Of a stretch of DNA of 64,000 bases, positions 11,286-20,624 are shown piece by piece. Source of the DNA: Candidatus Bathyarchaeota archaeon (lineage in GTDB: Archaea; Thermoproteota; Bathyarchaeia; Bathyarchaeales; Bathycorpusculaceae); NCBI GenBank assembly GCA_963739305.1, contig CAVTZU010000020.1, positions 86,043 through 150,042 on the forward strand. Direction: 5' to 3'. The first letter of the stretch is position 1. Each line of letters starts with the position of its first letter. The notes beneath the pieces are model-generated. The model searched no databases. It was given only the letters and a program-made list of their open reading frames with translations, and was not told the origin of the DNA. The translations under genes and the position numbers were made by a program.

Positions 11286-11816
11286 CTATGGAGTTGCACT
11301 ACATTCATTTCTTAGCACAGTTGAGATGCTTTTGACTATTTCTAGTGCGTCTTTCTGGTTATTGCTCGCTGTCATATTTGGATGGACATATTCATTCCTT
11401 TTCTTCTGTATCTTTTTCATTTCTTTGATGGATTCTACTTGTGCAAGTTTGTTCTTTTCGATGAGTTGTATCAGTTTTCCAAGACACGCTCTTTTCTTAT
11501 GCTTAACCTTTTTCTTATCAAGGATGTCTAAGCAGACTCTTTCACACATTATCCCAGAAGTTACAACAGTTGAGTAATAGAGTCCAGCGATATAGATTTG
11601 ATTGAATTCCCAGAAGATTCGGAAATATGGAGAACTAGCATCAAATATGCCTGTTGGTAGACTGCGAAATCTGTCTATTTTAGCATCAAGGTCACTATTG
11701 AATGTTTGACTTAGGAAATCTCTTATCAGCTTCTTTGCTTCGTCTTCTCTTCCAGCTTTGGAAAGAGCCTCATAGAGTGCGGGTATGCCATTTATAAATA
11801 CTATTTTCTCTGCCAA
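11286..11816 (-). CDS. HEPN/DUF4145-like protein
   Basis: Helical protein with GLYYSTVVTSGIMCE and C-terminal RNEYVH (R-x4-H HEPN motif). Confidence 0.65.
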   Translation of the reverse strand: MAEKIVFINGIPALYEALSKAGREDEAKKLIRDFLSQTFNSDLDAKIDRFRSLPTGIFDASSPYFRIFWEFNQIYIAGLYYSTVVTSGIMCERVCLDILDKKKVKHKKRACLGKLIQLIEKNKLAQVESIKEMKKIQKKRNEYVHPNMTASNNQKDALEIVKSISTVLRNECSATP

Positions 11817-11907
11817 TGCACCACCTTTCGCGTGTAGATGCTACTAATGGGCTTGAACCTCTAGTTTGTCTTCTGTCGTTGTGCAGATTAAGGATTTCTG
11901 TCCTTGA

Positions 11908-11928
11908 GGTTTTGCGGAAAAGTTATAG
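11908..11928 (+). promoter_or_regulatory. BRE/TATA-like motif GGTTTTGCGGAAAAGTTATAG, copy 3
   Basis: Identical to 7028-7048; 45 nt upstream of the hydrolase ATG. Confidence 0.65.
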
Positions 11929-11973
11929 CTGAATCAAGCCAACTTACTGATATGGTCTGGTAGAGGTTTTTTA

Positions 11974-12783
11974 ATGCCTAAAGTGAAAGTGAACGATATT
12001 CAGATGTATTATGAAGTGAAAGGCGAGGGTTATCCTTTGGTGATGATTGTAGGCGCGCTATCAAATCTGGACTATTGGAATCCTCAACTGATTGAGGAAC
12101 TTTCCAAGAATTTCAAGGTAGTCACATTTGACACCAGGGGAACTGGACGCACGGATGTATCTGACAAGGAGTACAGTATCAGACTGTTTGCCGACGACAC
12201 AGTAGGTTTGATGAATGTCTTGGGAATTTCTAAAGCCAACATTTTGGGTTGGTCGTTGGGCGGAATGATAGCACAAGAACTGACCCTCAACTACCCAGAG
12301 AAAGTCAAGAAACTGGTCCTCTACTCAACCAGTTGTGGGGGCGCGGATGCGAAATCGGTTCGACCTCAAGACCCTCGCGCTGGAACTGTGGTCAAGGGCT
12401 TACTTGCGGGCAGTATGTCCCCAGAAGAGGCAGTTAAGATGCTTATTCGAGTCAACGCCACCAGTGATTTCATAGACAACAACCCTGACTTTGTGAAGCT
12501 TATGACACAGCGAATGCTAAAATCTCCACCACCTTCACGTGAAATGGCATTGCGTCAGGGGGTTGCGATTATGAACTTCAGCAGTTATGACAGGCTTTCA
12601 GGAATCAAGGCACCCACTCTGGTATTGAGTGGCAAACGAGACGTTCCCTGCCCTCCAGAGAACGGTCCAATCTTGTCCAAAGCCATACCCAACGCCAAAC
12701 TTGTGTACCTCGAAAATTCAGGTCACGCTCTTGTAGAAGACATGGACGAAGTGATTCACTCCATCACAGAGTTTCTTCTCTAG
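11974..12783 (+). CDS. Alpha/beta hydrolase
   Basis: GWSLG nucleophile elbow, FDTRGTG, GKRD acid and SGH His. Confidence 0.92.
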   Translation: MPKVKVNDIQMYYEVKGEGYPLVMIVGALSNLDYWNPQLIEELSKNFKVVTFDTRGTGRTDVSDKEYSIRLFADDTVGLMNVLGISKANILGWSLGGMIAQELTLNYPEKVKKLVLYSTSCGGADAKSVRPQDPRAGTVVKGLLAGSMSPEEAVKMLIRVNATSDFIDNNPDFVKLMTQRMLKSPPPSREMALRQGVAIMNFSSYDRLSGIKAPTLVLSGKRDVPCPPENGPILSKAIPNAKLVYLENSGHALVEDMDEVIHSITEFLL

Positions 12784-12976
12784 CCCAGTTTTTCTGTTCT
12801 ACGCTTTCGACATATTCTTTATATTGGTCTTGTCGCTCATGGTATATCGGAGATGTCAAAAATGTCGAGTCAAAAGCGACATTTCGGGAGATATCTCCAC
12901 TCGTTTTCAATAGGTTAGCTCACGCTCATAGAAAACGCAAGAAAGCAACGTTGAACAGTGCGGGCAATGACATAAG

Positions 12977-14065
12977 TCACTTCTTACGAGAGGCTCTGGT
13001 TGCAAGTAGGGTAATTCCGACTCCGATCAGAGCGGATCCAGCGCCAAGTAGGAAAAGCAAGACAAGCATTTCAGTGGGCAGAATAACGATATACTTCGTT
13101 GTGGAACTCGAAGGCGGACTAAAGTCTTCCACTGCAATCATGACGTCTTTCGTCAGAGACCCAAGGTCTCCTTGATAAGTCAGAACAGTGAGCCATGCTC
13201 CGTCTGGAAGCAGTTCGCTTAATCTCAGGTCAACCTTTGATAGTTCTCCCGTTGAAAGCTGGAATTGTATGGGTTGCGAGATCGTTTGAGACGTTTGGTA
13301 GTAGGCAAGGTTCATCGGATACATGACGTTCTCCAACTTGCTTTCAGTAAGCAGAAAAAGCGTTATCTTCCCATCACCACCAACGGGACTTGTGATCAGA
13401 AGCGGATAATACAAGGTGCTGGAGTTGAACCTGTAGACTATTGGATCCATGCTTCTTTCCTCAGCCTGAAGAGTTACAAGGTCCAACGCGTAATACCTGA
13501 ACCCTCTTGATACGTAATCTCCAACTGCGGATTGGAACTTGCCCAACGTAATGTTCTGATCCACGCCGCTTGACAGGAGGAAATCGTTTGCCCAGTTGAT
13601 CAAGGCAGTCGCGTCAGCTGCCATAACAACGGTGATGTTGTGGGCACCAATTTCCTCTTGGAAAACCACGTCTACGCTACCTCCTCGGGCACCCATTGTC
13701 GTTCCAAAGTAGAGCCTGTCGACAGCTTCTGTCCATATCATATCCTGAATCTCCTGAAAAGATTGGAACGATCCAGCTCCGATCTCGGGCTTCGAAGGAA
13801 GGGGAAGAATCTCTAACACCATTGTCTGCGCGCTCGCCCTCACATCAGTAGACAGCATCAAGATTTCCTCATTTCCGTTCCATGCCACGATAGCCTTCTG
13901 CCCCGGCTCGTAGATCGAGACGCCGGGAATAATCGGGAGTCCACCCCTATCTGCATAGACCAAGGGCAACAAGATACTGACAAGCAAGACAAAAAGCACA
14001 GAAGCCAAGGTTATTCTCAACCTGAACCCCACACCGTATATTTTCCCAGTCGCGCGCGCGGACAA
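12977..14065 (-). CDS. Secreted, membrane-anchored DUF2330-like protein
   Basis: Signal peptide, QKAIVAWNGNEEILML, DPIVYRF...YYPLLITS, C-terminal TM. Confidence 0.65.
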   Translation of the reverse strand: MSARATGKIYGVGFRLRITLASVLFVLLVSILLPLVYADRGGLPIIPGVSIYEPGQKAIVAWNGNEEILMLSTDVRASAQTMVLEILPLPSKPEIGAGSFQSFQEIQDMIWTEAVDRLYFGTTMGARGGSVDVVFQEEIGAHNITVVMAADATALINWANDFLLSSGVDQNITLGKFQSAVGDYVSRGFRYYALDLVTLQAEERSMDPIVYRFNSSTLYYPLLITSPVGGDGKITLFLLTESKLENVMYPMNLAYYQTSQTISQPIQFQLSTGELSKVDLRLSELLPDGAWLTVLTYQGDLGSLTKDVMIAVEDFSPPSSSTTKYIVILPTEMLVLLFLLGAGSALIGVGITLLATRASRKK

Positions 14066-14141
14066 ACAAGATCGGACACTCTACGCACGATAATTATGAA
14101 TTGGCTTTCGGAGCAAGGTTATCTTGCGAAAGGTGGAAAAG

Positions 14142-14294
14142 TTGACAAAAAAGAGAGTTAAGCGAGACTCAGAAGAGGAAATTGATCTTCTCGACACTAT
14201 GCTTTCTAGTCTTGTCGAATTGCTAGAGGAAAAGGGCGTTATAACACAAGAAGAATATGAGAGACGAATCAAAGAGAAAGTCAAGATTGGATAG
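14142..14294 (+). CDS. Small SHOCT-like protein (50 aa), not in the ORF track
   Basis: AGGTGG RBS + TTG; LSSLVELLEEKGVITQEEYERRIK. Confidence 0.55.
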   Translation: MTKKRVKRDSEEEIDLLDTMLSSLVELLEEKGVITQEEYERRIKEKVKIG

Positions 14295-14370
14295 TAAGAC
14301 CGATTCGATCACAAGCGTAATAAGACAAACATTAGTAGACTTGTATTCGAGAAAAACTAGGTTTGGAAGA

Positions 14371-15027
14371 ATGCCGAAAAAAGAAATTAAGTTAGATTTC
14401 TTTCAAGCTTCCATATCGTTTCCGAAGTCTCCGAAAGTAGTAGGGACCATCGAGCCTTTGTTTAGCAAAATGCTTTCACTCATAAAAGAGAACGAAAAAA
14501 CGTTTCCTGCAAAACTTATCGTCAAGCCAAAACAGAGAAGAATAGTATTGGACGCAGATGATTTTATGCTTAATGTCCTTTTTTCTAAAGGTATCAGTGT
14601 AAGGATATTGGTCAGCAATCCAAGCAAGAATTTGCAGACTGTAAACAGCATAGGGAACACCCTGATAAATTTCTTTAACACTGTTCTTGGAGAACTTGGA
14701 ACTGAAGCAGAAGTTGCTACAGGTAGAACCATGTCTTTAGAGAAACCGTTTAACTTTGCAAGGAAAATCGTGGGCGATGTTCAGATGTCTAAGATTAATG
14801 AAATGACCAAAGAAGTACTGAATCCATCGGCTATTATGCTCACATATAAGAAAGGTGAGAGAGAATTTTCAATCTCCAACTTCTTTTCAACTGATGAAGG
14901 ACAAAATTTCCTATCTAGCAATACAGTTTATAAAGAAAGACTTCCGTTTAATCTATTGCAGATCGAATACGACCATTTGGCAGACCCAAATCGAGTCTTT
15001 AGCACATTGCTGCAATCAGAGTTGTAA
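14371..15027 (+). CDS. Hypothetical protein
   Basis: Long AT-rich ORF, first of three co-directional genes; start taken at MPKKEIK. Confidence 0.6.
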   Translation: MPKKEIKLDFFQASISFPKSPKVVGTIEPLFSKMLSLIKENEKTFPAKLIVKPKQRRIVLDADDFMLNVLFSKGISVRILVSNPSKNLQTVNSIGNTLINFFNTVLGELGTEAEVATGRTMSLEKPFNFARKIVGDVQMSKINEMTKEVLNPSAIMLTYKKGEREFSISNFFSTDEGQNFLSSNTVYKERLPFNLLQIEYDHLADPNRVFSTLLQSEL

Positions 15028-15033
15028 CAACCG

Positions 15034-15531
15034 ATGAATGCAACAGAAGGCCATGAGGAACCCATAAGTTTAGAAAAGATGAAGAAGTGGGGAGTAGTTT
15101 CAGAAACCTTCACTCATAAGACATTGCCAGATGTTTCCAGATCAGAGCTTATTGTTGATCCGCAACTCATGTTCAGAAACTGGGTTGTGAACTATTCTCG
15201 CGCTTTTGCTTTCCGCAAAGATAGAACTGCTTTGCGGAAGCTGGATTCGCTGGAGGCTACTTGCAGAGAATTAAGAAGCAGAGTACGAAAACTGGAAGCC
15301 TTAACAGATGTTGGAACAGAATTAACTAGAGCTGATGCTGTCTACGAATTATCCAAGAACGAACTCGAATCCAAGTACCTTGGCAAGATTGTCGCAATAG
15401 ATGTGGATTCGAAGCAGATAGTAGGTATTGGTGATTCTATTTTGGAAGCCTACAAAGAAGCGAGGAAACAGAGTTCGAAGGCAACTTTTGCCTACCGTAG
15501 AGTAGGATTTCCATATGTGCATCAAATATAG
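15034..15531 (+). CDS. Coiled-coil + DUF5678-like protein
   Basis: C-terminal LESKYLGKIVAIDVDSKQIVGIGDSILEAYKEA...YRRVG. Confidence 0.7.
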   Translation: MNATEGHEEPISLEKMKKWGVVSETFTHKTLPDVSRSELIVDPQLMFRNWVVNYSRAFAFRKDRTALRKLDSLEATCRELRSRVRKLEALTDVGTELTRADAVYELSKNELESKYLGKIVAIDVDSKQIVGIGDSILEAYKEARKQSSKATFAYRRVGFPYVHQI

Positions 15532-15554
15532 TCGCTAAACAAAGGTGCCTTCTA

Positions 15555-15989
15555 TTGGCTGAAAAACCGTTTCTTGATACAGACTACAAGAACGAAAGTG
15601 GTAAACTTTGTCCAATGGTGGAAGTTCTAATTGGGGAAAAGAAAGTGCCAATACTAGCATATGCCGATTCAGGATGTTCAACGGGGATTTTCCTTCTGAA
15701 GGGTCAATTCAAAGACATTAATCTAGGTGTAAAGATAAGCGATGATGATGATCCAACACCATGTATCGTGGCAGATGGTCATAAAGTCGGTGCAGATGAA
15801 TATGCATCAACGGTTTATGTCAATGGAGAACGAAAGGAAATCATTATCACAGTTGTTGATTTAGAAAGGAAACTAGGCAGTATTCCCGTCGAGGAAATGA
15901 CTCCTCTTCTGGGAAGAAACTTCATGGATAACTATGACGTTTTGTTCAAAGGAAAAGAGAAGAGATTGGCCATATTCCATCCTAAATAA
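15555..15989 (+). CDS. Retropepsin-like (clan AA) aspartyl protease
   Basis: AYADSGCS catalytic DSG and C-terminal LLGRNFM. Confidence 0.8.
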   Translation: MAEKPFLDTDYKNESGKLCPMVEVLIGEKKVPILAYADSGCSTGIFLLKGQFKDINLGVKISDDDDPTPCIVADGHKVGADEYASTVYVNGERKEIIITVVDLERKLGSIPVEEMTPLLGRNFMDNYDVLFKGKEKRLAIFHPK

Positions 15990-16093
15990 TTCCATGACCT
16001 CGATTGTGTGACATAGCCCGAAAGTCATGACTAATAATACTAAGTCTTAGAACGATCGAAATCAGAAAGTAGAACGGAGCGCGCGCTGGGATT

Positions 16094-17287
16094 CTAGCCA
16101 TAAGTGAAGTACGTGGTGAATGGGAGTATCCACCATAGAGACAATAGGAGCATTGTTTTCTTGCCACTGAAGATGGAACAGGCTAAATATGAGGCAACCA
16201 AGCCTATCGAGATCCTAGCGTAGTCTTGGACGTTCCAATATGATGGGGTTGGCAGAAACATCATGAACAAAACGTTGAAGAAAAGACTGTACAGAAAACC
16301 TTCCCGCTTGTTCTTCAGAATCTGCGTAACGAAGAATGCTAGAGAGATTATTGAAGGAATGATGATCAAGAAGGATATGTTGAGCAATTCTGGCAGTCCA
16401 TGGTTTGCCTCGAAAACGCCATAGAACGGAATCCATCTAGTTGACGTTGGCCCTCCAACAGTTAGGATGGGAATAAATCCGAAAAAGCTGTATAGAATGA
16501 TTTGGAAAAGGCCGTAGGGGACAGTTGTTATGATTAGAAACTTCAGTTTCGATCCAAGTGTGAGTGCTTTTCTAAACAGGATGCTTATGATGTAACCTGC
16601 AACAAACAGAACTGCGGTTTCCTTGGCGAAAAGTGCAAGGGCAAACAAAAGAGCAGATTCGTTTGTTCTGCGTCTGGTTTCAAAGGCATATATTCCCAGC
16701 AGAACGAACATGTAGGAAAAAGCCTCGATGCAATCTCGAGATATTACAAACAGCTGTCCTATGTAAAGGCCATAAACCAGAGAGAACCAAGGATTGAGTC
16801 CTTTCGACTTTAGCATTCTGGCAATTATCTCGGTGCCAACGACGATGGATAATATGTTGATTATGATCATTGAATAGGGGATCAGAAAGGGGCTACCGAG
16901 TGCAAAGATTTTTGCTGCCAGTGGGAACAGTATTCTATCATATCTTGCCGAAGTGTCGAGGTTACGCCAAGCGTTGAGGGGGTCGAGAGCTATATAATAG
17001 TACATTTGTCCGTCGTAGCCAACCTCATTAAATGGAATTCTCAGGTGTGCATTTACATAAATCGTTATTGGGCTTTCAGGGGCTTTGTCAAGAAAGGTTC
17101 TTCCGATGTATAGAAACGCAGCAGGGTTATAGTTTGCAGTCGAGAGTTTTGCAAAAGTGTATGCCAGAAGAAAAAGTAGCACGACAAAAGATGGCCTTGC
17201 CAATATCATCTTGATTTTCTTGATTCTATCCAGGTTTCGCTTGTCGTCAACCAAATGGGTTAAGCGGGCTTTGCTTGGCGAGTGCAA
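16094..17287 (-). CDS. Multi-pass GT-C-like membrane protein (AZOBR_p60025-like glycopolymer protein)
   Basis: GYDGQMYYYIALDP, R..RILFP, AKET motifs; ~10 TM helices; adjacent to GT2. Confidence 0.65.
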   Translation of the reverse strand: MHSPSKARLTHLVDDKRNLDRIKKIKMILARPSFVVLLFLLAYTFAKLSTANYNPAAFLYIGRTFLDKAPESPITIYVNAHLRIPFNEVGYDGQMYYYIALDPLNAWRNLDTSARYDRILFPLAAKIFALGSPFLIPYSMIIINILSIVVGTEIIARMLKSKGLNPWFSLVYGLYIGQLFVISRDCIEAFSYMFVLLGIYAFETRRRTNESALLFALALFAKETAVLFVAGYIISILFRKALTLGSKLKFLIITTVPYGLFQIILYSFFGFIPILTVGGPTSTRWIPFYGVFEANHGLPELLNISFLIIIPSIISLAFFVTQILKNKREGFLYSLFFNVLFMMFLPTPSYWNVQDYARISIGLVASYLACSIFSGKKTMLLLSLWWILPFTTYFTYG

Positions 17288-17420
17288 GTTCCCCCAGTTG
17301 GAATTGTTAAATTTCGTTAAAAGTCTTGCTCAAACGCTCTCACAACATGCTTTTCAAGCAATGGAGCCATTTTGCAGCCGCATTCCTTGGCGCGCGCTCT
17401 TCGCTCCAGCATACTGAGTG

Positions 17421-18197
17421 CTAGTACATCCCTTCCAACACTATTCTTTTTAAGATCGTGACGCCATGCTTTATTTTCAGCTTCTTTTCACCCAATCGTT
17501 CCCTGTAAACTATCGGTATTTCAACAATGTCATATCCCTTTCTTTCAATGTAATGGTTCAATTCAACTTCAACGTCAAAACCTCTTGACTTCGGCTTCCA
17601 GCCCCTAAGTAGTTGGGCACGCACGGTTCTCAGGCCAGTGAGTGGATCACTCAGTTTTACACCGTTAAAGAAATTATGTGAGAAAGCCAAGAGCCGGTTT
17701 CCAAAATAGAGCAGATTGTGCAAAGCACCTAGATCTAGGTGCTCGTTGAACCTATTTCCGCAAACCATGCCGACCTGAGGGTTTCTTTCAAGCATCCTAA
17801 CCATCGTTGGCAGATATGATGCCGGATACGTGTAGTCTGCGTCAGTAAGAACCACATAATCAGCATCAACGTTGATGTGCCTGATTGCTGATCCTATTGC
17901 ATCACCTTTGCCTTCAGCCTCTTGGCATATTACCTCGGCGCCCATGTCCTTTGCTACGTCAACAGTTCTGTCGCAACTCTTACCATCCACCACGAGAATT
18001 CGAGGTGCCGCCAAAAACTGTCTCAGCTCGGCTATCGTAGGGCCAATACCCTCTTCCTCGTTTAGCGCAGCAACTATCACGAGAACCGATGGACGACCCT
18101 TTTCTCCCTCCTCCGCCAATGTTATCGCTTGTGCGTCCCTAGTTACCACTTCAACGTCCTTCCATGACAGGAGCGGACAAGGAAAAAGCTGCGTCAT
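17421..18197 (-). CDS. Glycosyltransferase family 2 (DPM1-like)
   Basis: ALNEEEGI, VVDGKSCD, LTDADYTY, DPLTG, FDVEVE, YRERLGEKK. Confidence 0.92.
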   Translation of the reverse strand: MTQLFPCPLLSWKDVEVVTRDAQAITLAEEGEKGRPSVLVIVAALNEEEGIGPTIAELRQFLAAPRILVVDGKSCDRTVDVAKDMGAEVICQEAEGKGDAIGSAIRHINVDADYVVLTDADYTYPASYLPTMVRMLERNPQVGMVCGNRFNEHLDLGALHNLLYFGNRLLAFSHNFFNGVKLSDPLTGLRTVRAQLLRGWKPKSRGFDVEVELNHYIERKGYDIVEIPIVYRERLGEKKLKIKHGVTILKRIVLEGMY

Positions 18198-18705
18198 AAA
18201 CGTCCTGTTCTCTCTTCGTTACTCCATACTAGACAAACTACTACCTTCCCCTCTCGTCCATCTCCTTCCTCTAACCGCGCACGCTACGCGCGCAACAAGA
18301 TATTCAATCACCTGTTAGATAAGCCTATCTGAAACATGATTCTACGTGCAAAAGCACGTTTTTCAAACCGTCACCCATATAATTTTGGCAAACAATTCAT
18401 CAACTAACATCCCTTAGCCAGCCGATGAATTGAGATGGCCGACTAGTCACTATTACGGTCAAAGATGTGAGTTTCATACGATACACTTCAAGACGCGTGC
18501 GAAGAACGGAAGCCCAATGCGGGACTAGGGTAGTGTACAAGGTATTTGAAGAACACACTCATGCATAGTTGTCCAATGTTATCATATGGCCTCATATCAG
18601 TCGCCTTGAGCGCTGTTGTCCTAGGTGCCACAGCGTATTTTTGATACGTACCTTACTTACTACAAGAGAGCTTCGCCGCCATAGAGTGGTGCCGGGGTTG
18701 TTTTT

Positions 18706-18948
18706 TTGGTACACAAAAGATGCAAGAAGAGCTTGTTAAGACGGCATATTCAAGGCCTGATATTGAACAAAAGTTACTATGACCACGAGCGTTCTGAGAT
18801 CGTGTGCAGAGTCTCCCGCGTTGAAATTATAGATCTGCTGCGACAGCCTATAGACTTGCACGTTGTTCCTGATATAGAGAAGGGTGAAGTTTTGGTTGAT
18901 TCGCTCGGTCATGGCTCATTTCAGAGAACGGCAGAAATCGAGGAGTGA
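18706..18948 (+). CDS. Hypothetical protein, first gene of cluster
   Basis: 80 aa ORF ending 6 nt before the next gene. Confidence 0.5.
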   Translation: MVHKRCKKSLLRRHIQGLILNKSYYDHERSEIVCRVSRVEIIDLLRQPIDLHVVPDIEKGEVLVDSLGHGSFQRTAEIEE

Positions 18949-18954
18949 GTTGCA

Positions 18955-19326
18955 TTGGTGAAAACTCTCAGAACGACTCGCATAATCAGTGGTTTGGCTT
19001 CTTGTCGGCAAATCTTGCGACTTGATACTCAGCGCGTTCGCGCACAACTCGTTCGCAAGCTTGGAGGTATATTCAACGACGCAAACGCTTTGGCACATGC
19101 CAAGGAATTACAACCTAAGGAAAGAGTGGGATGGGCACGCGTTGCTGCGTACGTAGCCCAGACAATTGATGGACTTTGCTCAGGGTTTGATGAAAGACAG
19201 ATCGATACGGATCTTGCTGAACTTCAGAGGCTTATAAATGAAGCAAAGGCAAAAGTGCAAAATGAAAATCTCCAAACAGGAACTCTACTCGACTGGCAGG
19301 ATTCAAATTCCACAGGATCCAATTGA
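18955..19326 (+). CDS. Putative terminase small subunit
   Basis: Helical 123 aa protein overlapping the TerL start; call is positional only. Confidence 0.45.
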   Translation: MVKTLRTTRIISGLASCRQILRLDTQRVRAQLVRKLGGIFNDANALAHAKELQPKERVGWARVAAYVAQTIDGLCSGFDERQIDTDLAELQRLINEAKAKVQNENLQTGTLLDWQDSNSTGSN

Positions 19327-20623
19327 ACTTGCGCGCGCAGCTTTCAAATTTACCCCGACTGTCTACCAAGAACGTCTTTTAAGAGACAAGAGCAAACGAA
19401 TAGTCGTAAGATGGAGCAGACAGGCAGGGAAGACAACTACTGTTGCGTTGAAGGCGCTGTGTTTTGCCCTCTCGAATCCCAAGACGCTCACTCTGATTGT
19501 TGCTCCTTCGCTTCGACAATCGATGATCATGGGAGATCGCGTCGAAGACTTTCTCGACCAATTGCCGTTGAGGTTACGAAGAAAAATTGTCGCCAAGGAG
19601 CAGCGAACTGTAAAGCGGTTCAGGAACGGCGCTCGCATAATCATATTGCCAAATTCGCCTCAGCTTCTCAGAGGGTACACCGCTGATCTCGTCATTCCTG
19701 ATGAAGCCAACTTCTTCAACGATGACGAGCTCGTCTTCTATAGCGTGCTTTACCCCATGCTTGCCACAACTGACGGGATTCTCATTGTTCCAAGTACGCC
19801 GTGGAACAAGGACAGCGTATTCTACAGGATGTGCAAAAGCGATGAGTTCAGCAAGCACGTTGTGACCTGCGAAGACGTTGTGAAAGTTGGCCTTGTCAAG
19901 CAAAGCTTCATCGACCAGATGCGTCAAGAACTGCCTGAAGAAAGGTTCCGTAGAGAGTTTTATGCCGAGTTCATAGAGGACGCCGACAACTGGCTTACTC
20001 AAAGCCTGATCGTCAACTGCATTGACAGCCAGCTTGAACTCTCCGATTTCCATTCTGTTCTTCAAGGCAATTTCTACATTGGAGTCGATTTTGGAAAACA
20101 TCAGGACCACAGCGTAATCATCGTAGTTGACAAATCCACGAAACATCTTCGTCTGGTTCATGCGCACAGATTTCCTCTGAAAACAGACTACGCAAGCGTG
20201 ATCGGCTACATTAGAAGTCTTCGAGACCGTTGGCACTCCGTTCGAAGCGTTTACGCTGACATAACTGGTGTAGGAGATTACATCGTTGAAGACATGACCA
20301 AGAGCGGAATAGCCAACGTTATAGGAGTACCATTCACGATCAGCAACAAAGAAGAAATGGCAACGATCACAAGGGAAAAGATGCGTGCTGGCGAAGTGAA
20401 GATTCCATATTCGCCTGCGAAAACTAGTTCTGACATAGACTTCACGGCCGAGTTGAACGTGGAAAAGTTCGAGTTGTTAAAAACAGGTCATTTCAAGTTT
20501 GCACATCCAGAAGGCTCGCATGATGACGTCTTTTGGGCCACCTGCTTAGCCATCTACGCGGTGGTGAAGCAGCCCGTATCATTAGGCATGATTGGTTTTG
20601 GACCGGTAGGAGACAAAGCCTAA
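19238..20623 (+). CDS. terL: Terminase large subunit
   Basis: Walker A SRQAGKT, LRG, Walker B VIPDEA, STP coupling motif, nuclease IGVDFG, DITGVG, HDD. Confidence 0.95.
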   Translation: MKQRQKCKMKISKQELYSTGRIQIPQDPIELARAAFKFTPTVYQERLLRDKSKRIVVRWSRQAGKTTTVALKALCFALSNPKTLTLIVAPSLRQSMIMGDRVEDFLDQLPLRLRRKIVAKEQRTVKRFRNGARIIILPNSPQLLRGYTADLVIPDEANFFNDDELVFYSVLYPMLATTDGILIVPSTPWNKDSVFYRMCKSDEFSKHVVTCEDVVKVGLVKQSFIDQMRQELPEERFRREFYAEFIEDADNWLTQSLIVNCIDSQLELSDFHSVLQGNFYIGVDFGKHQDHSVIIVVDKSTKHLRLVHAHRFPLKTDYASVIGYIRSLRDRWHSVRSVYADITGVGDYIVEDMTKSGIANVIGVPFTISNKEEMATITREKMRAGEVKIPYSPAKTSSDIDFTAELNVEKFELLKTGHFKFAHPEGSHDDVFWATCLAIYAVVKQPVSLGMIGFGPVGDKA

Positions 20624-20624
20624 C

